From the NCBI GenBank assembly GCA_965248575.1, contig CBDFJQ010000002.1:3680001-3744000 (forward strand): 64,000 bases of DNA. The letters are read 5' to 3'. Shown here piece after piece: positions 1 through 7,887 of the stretch. Source of the stretch: Planctomycetota bacterium. Lineage in GTDB: Bacteria; Planctomycetota; B15-G4. Below the pieces are notes generated by a model. The model had not been told where the DNA came from. It ran no database searches and was given only the letters and a program-made list of their open reading frames with translations. How positions within the stretch are numbered: position 1 is the stretch's first letter; each line of letters opens with the position of its first letter. Both the position numbers and the translations under genes were made by a program.

Positions 1-231
1 CAGGTCCACGATGCCCACTTGGAAGGTCAGCGCGGTGCCCGAGGGCGCGCCGACGAAGTTGGTCGTGCCGCCGAGTGAACCGTTCGGCTCGGTGAACGCG
101 AAGGCCTGTGCCGTGACCGGGAAGGCGTAGAGCGCGCGGCTCGGCCGGCGGCGCGGGTTGAGTTCACTGATGACATCGCGTTCGGGCGTGTGGGCTGCGC
201 GGAGACGTCGCCAGGCCCCTTGCTCACCCAC
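1..231 (-). pseudogene. Orphan or degenerate fragment of the shared secreted-protein C-terminal domain (runs off the window edge)
   Basis: Manual minus-strand translation gives ...ISELNPRRRPSRALYAFPVTAQAFAFTEPNGSLGGTTNFVGAPSGTALTFQVGIVDL, resembling the C-termini of 2954..5464 and 28716..29660. An in-frame TAG lies at 235-237 and there is no signal peptide. Confidence 0.45.
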
Positions 232-247
232 CTGCTAGCATGCGGAC

Positions 248-1066
248 ATGACGAATGAACCACAACATCTCGGCCTCGGCCGCGAGAAGCCTGACGCGCG
301 CGACGCCCTGTTCGTTCCCCTGGCGATGAAGGCGGCGGCCAGCCCGGGCTCCACGAGCATCAACCTCGTGAATTGGGAATGGCCCGTCTGGAACCAGGGC
401 AGCCTCAACAGTTGCACGGCCCAGGTGGTCGCTGCTGCGGTGCACTACCTGATCGTCAAGGAGAAGGTCCACGTGCCCTTCGATCCGTCGCGGCTGTTCG
501 TGTACTTCAACGAACGCGTGCTCTTCGACGAGCTGGAGAAGCCGGGCGGGCACGCCATCGACCACAACGCGCCGGTCTACATGCGCGACGGGATCAAGGC
601 CTTGGCGCGTTGGGGCCTCTGCCGCGAAGACCACTGGACCGATGACCTGGAAGACCTGCTCACGAAATACGTGGAGCGCCCGCCGCAGGATGCCTACGAC
701 TTCGCCGAGGACCACAAGACGGTCAAGTACTCCAAGCTGGACGTGCACGGCAAGCCGACCGCCGACAAGCTGCGCTTGTTCAAGGCGTGCCTCACGGAGG
801 GCTTCCCGTTCACCATCGGCATCCACGTCTACCCCAGCATGTCGAGCGCGGTCGAAGGTGCGATCCCCACGCCGAGCGATGCCGCCACGGCCACGGGCGG
901 CCACGCCTTGCTCGTGACGGGCTTCGACGACGCTTCGCAACGCTTCATGATCCGCAACTCATGGGGCTCGAGCTGGGGCAAGCAGGGCTACGGCACCATC
1001 GGCTACGACTACGTGTGCAACGACAAGTTCACGGACTCCATCTGGACGATCCGCGGCGCGACCTGA
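248..1066 (+). CDS. C1 family (papain-like, xylellain-type) cysteine peptidase
   Basis: NQGSLNSCTA (oxyanion Gln and catalytic Cys), GGHALLVTGFDD (His), IRNSWGSSWGKQGY (Asn), and PSRLFVYFNER typical of bacterial C1 proteins. Confidence 0.92.
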   Translation: MTNEPQHLGLGREKPDARDALFVPLAMKAAASPGSTSINLVNWEWPVWNQGSLNSCTAQVVAAAVHYLIVKEKVHVPFDPSRLFVYFNERVLFDELEKPGGHAIDHNAPVYMRDGIKALARWGLCREDHWTDDLEDLLTKYVERPPQDAYDFAEDHKTVKYSKLDVHGKPTADKLRLFKACLTEGFPFTIGIHVYPSMSSAVEGAIPTPSDAATATGGHALLVTGFDDASQRFMIRNSWGSSWGKQGYGTIGYDYVCNDKFTDSIWTIRGAT

Positions 1067-1092
1067 GCCGGGCCAGAACACGGCCCCATGCG

Positions 1093-2790
1093 TCACAGCT
1101 TCGTGATGTGGATCACGTTGTCCTGCATGTCGCCATCGCCGTTGAGGTCAACCAAGGCGAAGGCCTCATAGACCATGTAGGCCACGTAGGGGGCCTCGAC
1201 CCAGGCGTTGTAGCTGGTGGTGGGCCCCAACACGGTGAGGGTGCCGTGGCGGCGGTCATACGCGTGGAGTATGAGGTCGAGGATATCGCCATCACCGTTG
1301 ATGTCGGTCAGCCCCTGCGACCACTCTTGCACGGAGATGACCACCACCCGTTCATCGCCCGTGGCAAAGATGCTCGCGTAGGGCAGGTCGACCCGTGATC
1401 CGTTCGAGAGGTCGAGGATCGTCGGTGTCTTGTCGGCGGTGTCCCCATCGCCGTTGCGGTCCAGGTTGCCCTGCGAAGCCTCGGAGACGACGACCGTGAG
1501 GGCGTCGCCCGCGAGGGTGAGAGCGAAGGGGCTGCGCTCGCTCGCCAGGCCCGTGTTGCGGAGCTTGAGCGTCCGGGTGTCCAGGGTGTGGGCGACGAGG
1601 TCGACGAGATCGCCGTCGCCGTTCAGGTCTGTGGCCGCCTCATGCACGAGCAGGGCAGCGCGCGAACCCTCGATGGGGAAAGCCACCACATCGCTCAGGG
1701 GGCCGAGGTAGACATCCAGCTTGCTCGTCTCGCCCGTGAGACCGTCGATGCGCTGCAGGAAACAGGGCGCACTGGAAGAGTCCGTCTGCGGGACGCTTGT
1801 GAACGCGGCGTCCCCGGCGGGGATCACGAACGCCGGTCGGTAGATAGGGCCCCAGGTGATGTCCGTGGGTTGCGCGACACCGGAGGACAGGTCGAGCAGC
1901 GCGATGAGCAGGCTGTTCAGCGCGCCGTCGCCATCCACATCGACGGCCAGCGCCGCCTCGCTCACGTGCACGACGAGCTTGTCGCCTGCGAGGGCCCAGA
2001 AGGAGAGCCCGATGAGCTCCGCGAGGCCGGTGTTCTTGGTGAGCCCGGTGTGGGCGTCGTACACGTGGATCACCTTGTCATCGCTGTCGCCGTCCCCGTC
2101 GAGGTCCTGCCCGCCTTGGTCACTCTCTGGCACCAAGAAGACGACGAAGCGCGGCCCCACGTGGAGCGTGTTCATGCGCGTCATGGCGAGGCCGGTGTTG
2201 GTTGTGTGGCCCGTGGCTCGGGAATGGACGTGCATCACGCTGTCAGTCTTGTCGCCGTCGCCGTTGAGGTCCTGGTTTGATTGGTAGGCCTCGCGTACGC
2301 CCATCACCACCAGTTCGTCGGTGACGCGGTAGTCGCTGAAGGTGATCGCGTGGCCCAGGTTCTGCACAAGGCCCGTGCGCAGGTCGTGGATCTGGACGAC
2401 ATTCTCCGTGGCGCCGATGTCTCCGTCCCCGTTCAAGTCCAGCTGCTGACTTCCCTCGTTCACCAGGACGGGCACGAACCTCCTGTCCACGTAGTTGGGC
2501 GAGGTGATGCCAGCCAAGGGCAGGGTCAGGCTGGTGTCGGACTCGGTGTTGAGCAGGTAGGGGACCCAGTCACTCACGTCCCCATCGCCGTTGAGGTCAC
2601 CCGTCTGGGCGGTTTCGAAGATGAAGCTCGTCAGCCGGCCGACCTCCAGGCTGGTGATGTTCCCAGGCAGGCCCGTGTTGCCAGGCGCGACGTGCAGGGC
2701 CTGGGCGAGCAGCGGTGCGCCGAGCAGTGCGATCGCGAGGGGTGCGAGGAGGGGCGTGATGAGAGGGCGAAGCACGTTGGTGATCGGCAC
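1093..2790 (-). CDS. Secreted repeat protein with nine Dx[ND]GDG calcium-binding-type loops (probable beta-propeller)
   Basis: Signal peptide (PLLAPLAIALLGAPLLAQA); repeated DLNGDGD/DLDGDGD/DRNGDGD/DINGDGD motifs in ~50-60 aa units; GGAG upstream of the GTG start. Confidence 0.8.
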   Translation of the reverse strand: MPITNVLRPLITPLLAPLAIALLGAPLLAQALHVAPGNTGLPGNITSLEVGRLTSFIFETAQTGDLNGDGDVSDWVPYLLNTESDTSLTLPLAGITSPNYVDRRFVPVLVNEGSQQLDLNGDGDIGATENVVQIHDLRTGLVQNLGHAITFSDYRVTDELVVMGVREAYQSNQDLNGDGDKTDSVMHVHSRATGHTTNTGLAMTRMNTLHVGPRFVVFLVPESDQGGQDLDGDGDSDDKVIHVYDAHTGLTKNTGLAELIGLSFWALAGDKLVVHVSEAALAVDVDGDGALNSLLIALLDLSSGVAQPTDITWGPIYRPAFVIPAGDAAFTSVPQTDSSSAPCFLQRIDGLTGETSKLDVYLGPLSDVVAFPIEGSRAALLVHEAATDLNGDGDLVDLVAHTLDTRTLKLRNTGLASERSPFALTLAGDALTVVVSEASQGNLDRNGDGDTADKTPTILDLSNGSRVDLPYASIFATGDERVVVISVQEWSQGLTDINGDGDILDLILHAYDRRHGTLTVLGPTTSYNAWVEAPYVAYMVYEAFALVDLNGDGDMQDNVIHITKL

Positions 2791-2953
2791 GGTCTATAGC
2801 TCCTGGTTCTGCTCCTTGGGCGGTGGCTCGTCACCACGCCCACACCTAGTCCCGTGTGGGGAGACGGATTCGGAGCCGCAACCGGACACAGAACGCAGAG
2901 CTGCGTACCGACGCTCTATTCCATTGGTCGCGTCGCGAAGCTGAGAACTGCCC

Positions 2954-5464
2954 CTAGGGCGTGGTCGACACCACCGCATTGGACAGCCCGATGCCGCCGG
3001 GCACCGACGGGTCGTCCACCAGGAACTGCAGGTAGATGTCCACGCCGCTCTGGATGTTGGGCGGCCAGGTGACGGAGATCACGGCGCGCCCGTCGGCGTC
3101 GCTCACGAAGAAGATCTGGGTGACGAAGGGGAAGGCGTGCACCGTGCCGCCCAGGAACGGGAAGGGCATGCTGGTGGCCGCGATCCAGTTGAGCAGCAGG
3201 CTCTGGGGTGGCAGGTTCTCGAGGCGGCGGTCCAGCACCGAACCCGCAGTGAGGGGCGCGCGCACAACCAGCTCCGGCGTGCCCGCGGCGCCTGGCACGC
3301 CACCACCCAGGTCGGGCCAGGTCGCCGGACCGTCGAAGCGGAAGAGGATGTTGTCCTTGGCACCCGAGACGTAGTAGCGATCTTGATCGTCGGTGGCGAC
3401 GTTCTCGGGCCACTCGATGTACGGCTCGACCCCAAACTGACCCTCGTAGACCAGCGCGATCTGCTCGGGTGCGGCCGCGATACGGAAGACGTTGTTGGAG
3501 GCTCGCGCGCAGATGTAGGTGGAGCCGTAGCCGTCAAAGGCCACGTCACGGGTCGCCGAGAGTGGGCTGCCATTGGCACCGGTAGAATCCAACACGGCGG
3601 ACACATCGCCCGAAGGCGTCACGCGGAACACCGTGTTGGAGATGTAGTCCACCGCGTAGACCCTGTCCTTCGAGTCCACCCGCAACTGTTGGCAGTTCAG
3701 CATGGGGTGGCCGAGACCGTCGCCCGCGGGGCCGATGATCTCGGTCACGACGCCGCCGGGCGTGAGCCGGAAGACACGATCGCCCAGGAGGTCCGAGAAG
3801 TAGAGGTTGTCGGAGCTGTCCGTGGCCAAGGCAAAGGGTGCGATGGGGGCGAAGGGCGTCAGCAACGTGTTGAGGTTGGTGACCGTGCCGCCAGACGTCA
3901 CGCGGAACAGGTTGTCGAGACTCCCGGACGCATAGAGGGTGCCCTGGGTGTCCACGGCGATCTTGCCGTTGCCAAAGTACTCCTGGCCGGGGCCTGCACC
4001 GGTGTTGTCCAGCACCATGGTGGTGGTGCCGTCGGGCTCGATGCGGAACACGTTGTCGCTGAAAGAACCCGCGACGTAGAGGTCACCGTTCGGCAAGAGG
4101 ACGAGGTCCTCCGGGTACTCCAGGTCGTGGCCCGTTCCGCCGAAGGCTCCGTCGATCACCGTGCTGATGGTGCCTGTGGCTCCGTCGATGCGCAGCACAT
4201 TGTCCGTCTGCTTGCCGCTCACGTAGGCGTCGCCCAGCGGGCTCACGGCCAGGCCATTCATGCCGAGGAAGGAGTACTCGAGGCCGTTCGCCGTCTCGTC
4301 GAGGATCGTCTCCGTGGACGCGTCCGTCTCCACGCGTTCCACACCCTCCTTGTGCAGGAGCATGAAGCTGCCGTCAGCCATACGCCGCAGCCCGTGACAC
4401 GCGCCGAGCGGGGAGGAGGAGGCATCCAGGAAGAGCCCCAGGCCGACGCCCGGCGTCCAGGTGCTGATGTCGCAGTTGCCGTTCAGGAAGAAGAGGGTTC
4501 CAGCTGCGTCGAGGTGCAGATCCCGCAGACCGGCGGTGGTGATGATGGGCAGCGGGGTGACGGTGTTCGTCAGGTCGATCTCCAGCAGCAAGCCGAAGTT
4601 CTGGGTCTGAACCACCTGGCGGCCTCCGAACCAGATCCTGCCGTCCGGGTGCACCGCCAGGGTCATGAAGTTGCTGATGGGCGCGTCGACCAAGAAGGTG
4701 CTCACTCCGCCGGGAGTGATGCGGTAGAGCTCGCCCGTGTTGGCAGCCACGACCATGTTGCCCGCGCCATCGAAGTCCAGGAGGGAGGGGTTCAAGCCAA
4801 TGGCCGTGAAGACCTCCGTGGCAGCGCCACCGGACGGCACGTGCAGGATGCTGTCCACGGTGCCGCTGTTGCTCAGGATGTAGAAGTCGCCGGCCCCGTC
4901 GCCAGGGACCAGGATCGGTCTGAACAGGGGCGCCGCGCCACCGGGCACGCCCGTGGTGTCCACGAAGATGCTTGCGGTCCCCGCACTGTCGATACGGAAG
5001 ACGCGGTTCTGGTCTCCGACAAACACGTTGTCAGCGGCATCGACGGCGAGCGATGTCGGTTGCACGACGGTCACTCCCGTGCCGCTGCCGCTGGCGTCGA
5101 GCACGACCGTGATACTGCCGTCGGGGTCGACACGAAACACATTGTTGGAGAACTGACCCGCCACATACAGCCGTCCGAGGGAGTCGAGCTGGATGTCGGC
5201 CGGGTGATTGAGAATCTGGCCCAGGCCGTCGCCCAAGAGCGGCAGGAACAGCCGCGAGGTCCCGTCCGGTTCCACGCGCATCACGTTGTCCGAGACCTCG
5301 TTGGCCACGAAGACGTTTCCCGCAGCGTCTTCCACCACATCCACGGGCTTGTTGATGCCATTCCCGTTGAACGGGTGGAGCAGCAGGCGCGGATTCAGCT
5401 GGGCGCTTGCGAAGCTGGGCGTGAGCAGGACGAGAAGCAGCGTGGCGAGCGTGGTGCGAGGCAT
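2954..5464 (-). CDS. Secreted NHL/SMP-30-like beta-propeller repeat protein with a ~120-aa C-terminal domain
   Basis: Signal peptide ending ASA|Q; many P..+..D..G.+YV.G..S.NVFR+.P.G repeats; C-terminal WPDLGGG...SNAVVSTTP. Confidence 0.85.
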   Translation of the reverse strand: MPRTTLATLLLVLLTPSFASAQLNPRLLLHPFNGNGINKPVDVVEDAAGNVFVANEVSDNVMRVEPDGTSRLFLPLLGDGLGQILNHPADIQLDSLGRLYVAGQFSNNVFRVDPDGSITVVLDASGSGTGVTVVQPTSLAVDAADNVFVGDQNRVFRIDSAGTASIFVDTTGVPGGAAPLFRPILVPGDGAGDFYILSNSGTVDSILHVPSGGAATEVFTAIGLNPSLLDFDGAGNMVVAANTGELYRITPGGVSTFLVDAPISNFMTLAVHPDGRIWFGGRQVVQTQNFGLLLEIDLTNTVTPLPIITTAGLRDLHLDAAGTLFFLNGNCDISTWTPGVGLGLFLDASSSPLGACHGLRRMADGSFMLLHKEGVERVETDASTETILDETANGLEYSFLGMNGLAVSPLGDAYVSGKQTDNVLRIDGATGTISTVIDGAFGGTGHDLEYPEDLVLLPNGDLYVAGSFSDNVFRIEPDGTTTMVLDNTGAGPGQEYFGNGKIAVDTQGTLYASGSLDNLFRVTSGGTVTNLNTLLTPFAPIAPFALATDSSDNLYFSDLLGDRVFRLTPGGVVTEIIGPAGDGLGHPMLNCQQLRVDSKDRVYAVDYISNTVFRVTPSGDVSAVLDSTGANGSPLSATRDVAFDGYGSTYICARASNNVFRIAAAPEQIALVYEGQFGVEPYIEWPENVATDDQDRYYVSGAKDNILFRFDGPATWPDLGGGVPGAAGTPELVVRAPLTAGSVLDRRLENLPPQSLLLNWIAATSMPFPFLGGTVHAFPFVTQIFFVSDADGRAVISVTWPPNIQSGVDIYLQFLVDDPSVPGGIGLSNAVVSTTP

Positions 5465-5871
5465 GGGTCGCTTTCCCGGTCGACTCCGTTGCGCCAGCGC
5501 AGGTCGGGTCGCGTTGCGGCGAACCCGGCGGCTGGTGATCGAACGCTCCGTGAGTCTCCGTCATCCAGAGGCGGTGTGGTTCCGGATCCCTCGAGCCCCC
5601 GACGACCTCGAGTCCCGGTCCCGTGTCGCTCGCTACCCTAGCAGTGATGGTGGGGTAACGGGGGAGACGGGAGATCGTGTGGCCCGCGCCAGGGCTCCAG
5701 CTTCACGAGTGAGCGGCGCCCGCTGCGACAAACGGCTCAGGCTCGCGTCATAAGGCAGGATGACGAAGGTTGTTCCGTAGAGCATCGGATTGTCAGGAAT
5801 GGGTGGGCGCAGTGTGTCGACGTCCGTGGCGAGCCAGCTGAGCCTACGGCCGGGCCGCGATTTAATCGCTG

Positions 5872-6849
5872 CTACCGAAGAACCAGGGCGAGCGCGACGC
5901 CACCCAGAAGGAGCCAGAGGCTGAGGCCGAGGACGAGAATGCGCCCTGAGGCCGCGCGCAGGGAAGCCGGTGTGAGCGAGAGGCCCATGCTGAAGAGTGC
6001 GAGCACCAGGCAGCGGCGGCCGCCGGCTGCGAGCAGGCGGCCGGGTTCCTCGAGCGCGGGGACCAGGGCGACGAGTGCAGCCAGCGCGACGAAGGCCAAC
6101 ACGAACAGCGGAGGGCGAGGGAAGGCGCGCCGCTTGCCGGTCTCGATGCCTCGGGCTGGCACGAAGGAGAGAGCGAGGCACACCGGCAGGATCCACAGGG
6201 AGCGCGCGAGCTTCGTCACCGTGGCGACTTCCAGAGCGCCGTCGCCATGGGTTGCTGCCGCACCCACCACCGAACTCGTGTCATGGATCGCGAGAGCGCA
6301 CCACTCGCCGAAGGCCTGGGCATCGAGCCCCAGGGCCTGGCCGAGCCAGGGGAACACGAAGAGCGCGATGGCATTGAGCAAGAAGACGACGCCGAGCGCG
6401 ACACCCACCGAAGAGGGCCGAGCGCGGAGGGCTGGCGCAGCGGCGGCGATGGCGCTGCCGCCGCAGATGGCCGTGCCGACCGTGATCAGGAGCGCGACGT
6501 CCCGTTCGATGCGCAGCCAGCGCGCCAACAGCAGGCCGGCTGCGAAGGCGACCGTGAGAGTGATCAGCGCGGTCCCCAGACCCGAGAGGCCGGTTTTCAG
6601 CAGGACGTCCAGCCTGGTTCCTGCGCCGAGCGCCACGACGGAAGCCATCAGCAACTGCTTGCCCGCGCGAGGCACGAAGGTCGGGACGTCGTGACCCCAG
6701 GCCAGCAGGGCACCCAGCAGCAGGGCCACGAACCCGGGGACCGGCAAAGCCAAGCAGGCCAGCGCCCCCAGCAAGAGGCCCAGGTTCCGAGGAGCGTGAG
6801 GCCCGCCGGCGATGCGGGGGAACGGAGAGTCGGCTGCGAGCGATGTCAT
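5872..6849 (-). CDS. yeiH: YeiH/UPF0324 family (putative sulfate exporter) membrane protein
   Basis: GTAICGGSAIAA, AIHDTSSVVGAA and TKLARSLWI motifs; many TM segments; divergent from a LysR gene. Start placed at ATG 6849. Confidence 0.85.
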   Translation of the reverse strand: MTSLAADSPFPRIAGGPHAPRNLGLLLGALACLALPVPGFVALLLGALLAWGHDVPTFVPRAGKQLLMASVVALGAGTRLDVLLKTGLSGLGTALITLTVAFAAGLLLARWLRIERDVALLITVGTAICGGSAIAAAAPALRARPSSVGVALGVVFLLNAIALFVFPWLGQALGLDAQAFGEWCALAIHDTSSVVGAAATHGDGALEVATVTKLARSLWILPVCLALSFVPARGIETGKRRAFPRPPLFVLAFVALAALVALVPALEEPGRLLAAGGRRCLVLALFSMGLSLTPASLRAASGRILVLGLSLWLLLGGVALALVLR

Positions 6850-6890
6850 GTCGGAAACATGCCTCGCAAAGCATTTGTGAAACAGATGAA

Positions 6891-6919
6891 ATGCCTGATA
6901 GGGCATCAGTTTGACTGAT
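6891..6919. promoter_or_regulatory. Putative LysR operator in the divergent yeiH/LysR promoter region
   Basis: CTGAT-N5-ATCAG at 6895-6909 (contains T-N11-A), overlapping ATCAGT-N3-ACTGAT at 6905-6919, in an AT-richer spacer. Confidence 0.6.
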
Positions 6920-6933
6920 AGTATGTTGCCCCT

Positions 6934-7836
6934 GTGCGCACCCCTCTTGATCCGCAGCTCGTCATCACCTTCTTGGCCGTGGTCCAGCACGGGCGGATTT
7001 CGGCTGCAGCACGCGCCGTTCATCTTTCGCAGCCGGCGGTGACTGCGCGCATGCGCAAGCTCGAGCAGGCAGTAGGCGTGCCGCTGCTCGTGCGCTCGGT
7101 GCGCGGGGTCTCACCGACGCCCGCCGGTGAACGCTTGGCGGCGCGCGCGCGCGAACTCCAGGATCTGCTGGACGAGATCACCGGTGATGTCACGAGCGAT
7201 GACGAGGTGGCGGCTGGTCCGCTGCAGCTCGCTGCGAGCACGACCATCGCCGCGCACGTTGTCCCCGGCGCCCTGGCGCGCTTCCGTGCGCGCTACCCAA
7301 GCGTCGAGATCGAGATGAAGGTGGGCAACACGGCGGAGATCGTGGACGCGGTGCGCAGCGGGCGCTTCCCCCTCGGCCTCGTGGAGGGGACGCGACGTGC
7401 GGCTGGGGTGAAGCTCGCGCCGTGGTTGGATGACGCGCTCGTGCCCGTCGTCGGCACGAGTTCTGAGTGGCGCGTGCGGCGCACGGAAGATCTCGCCGAG
7501 GTACCGATCCTGTGGCGCGAACATGGTTCCGGCACGCGCGCGGTGGTGGCTCGCGCGCTGCGCGCAGCAGGAGTACGCGGCGCGCCCACGGGTCTCGACG
7601 TCGTGCTCGGGACGAGCAGCGCCATCGCGAGTGCGGCTGCCGCGGGCATGGGTGTCGCCTTCCTCTCGCGCTGGGCTCTGGGGACCGAACTCGCCTCCGG
7701 CCGCCTCAAGCCGATCCCCGGCCTCGACCTCACCATCACGCGCACGTTTCAGTGGGCGTTGCCTGCAGGCGCTCTGACGGGCAGCGCGGCGCGCTTCCAC
7801 GCGCTCGCCACCCAGAACCCTCCGCTGCCGACCTGA
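6934..7836 (+). CDS. LysR family transcriptional regulator (YeiE/CysL-like)
   Basis: HTH FLAVVQHGRISAAARAVHLSQPAVT...LEQAVGVPLL; substrate domain with ASTTIA, GLVEG and REHGSGTR; divergent from yeiH. Confidence 0.92.
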   Translation: MRTPLDPQLVITFLAVVQHGRISAAARAVHLSQPAVTARMRKLEQAVGVPLLVRSVRGVSPTPAGERLAARARELQDLLDEITGDVTSDDEVAAGPLQLAASTTIAAHVVPGALARFRARYPSVEIEMKVGNTAEIVDAVRSGRFPLGLVEGTRRAAGVKLAPWLDDALVPVVGTSSEWRVRRTEDLAEVPILWREHGSGTRAVVARALRAAGVRGAPTGLDVVLGTSSAIASAAAAGMGVAFLSRWALGTELASGRLKPIPGLDLTITRTFQWALPAGALTGSAARFHALATQNPPLPT

Positions 7837-7887
7837 GGGCACGTGCCCCGTCAGGCTCACACACCCCGTAGCAGGGATGCGCGGTCG

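Noticed and set aside
2839..2860. Hairpin CCCACAC-N8-GTGTGGG between two minus-strand genes
   Set aside because: No U-tract and only a single copy seen; cannot be called a terminator or repeat element.
3137..5641. 834-aa plus-strand ORF and similar long antisense ORFs (23399..25147, 24465..27077, 31291..33516, 35530..37503, 45692..47869, 48458..50506, 58111..59730)
   Set aside because: Shadow ORFs opposite well-supported genes, expected at high GC; the translations have no recognisable motifs.
5745..5830. Minus-strand peptide PIPDNPMLYGTTFVILPYD in a 400-nt spacer, faintly like a secreted-protein terminal domain
   Set aside because: Too short, with no start or SD and no convincing alignment to the other copies.
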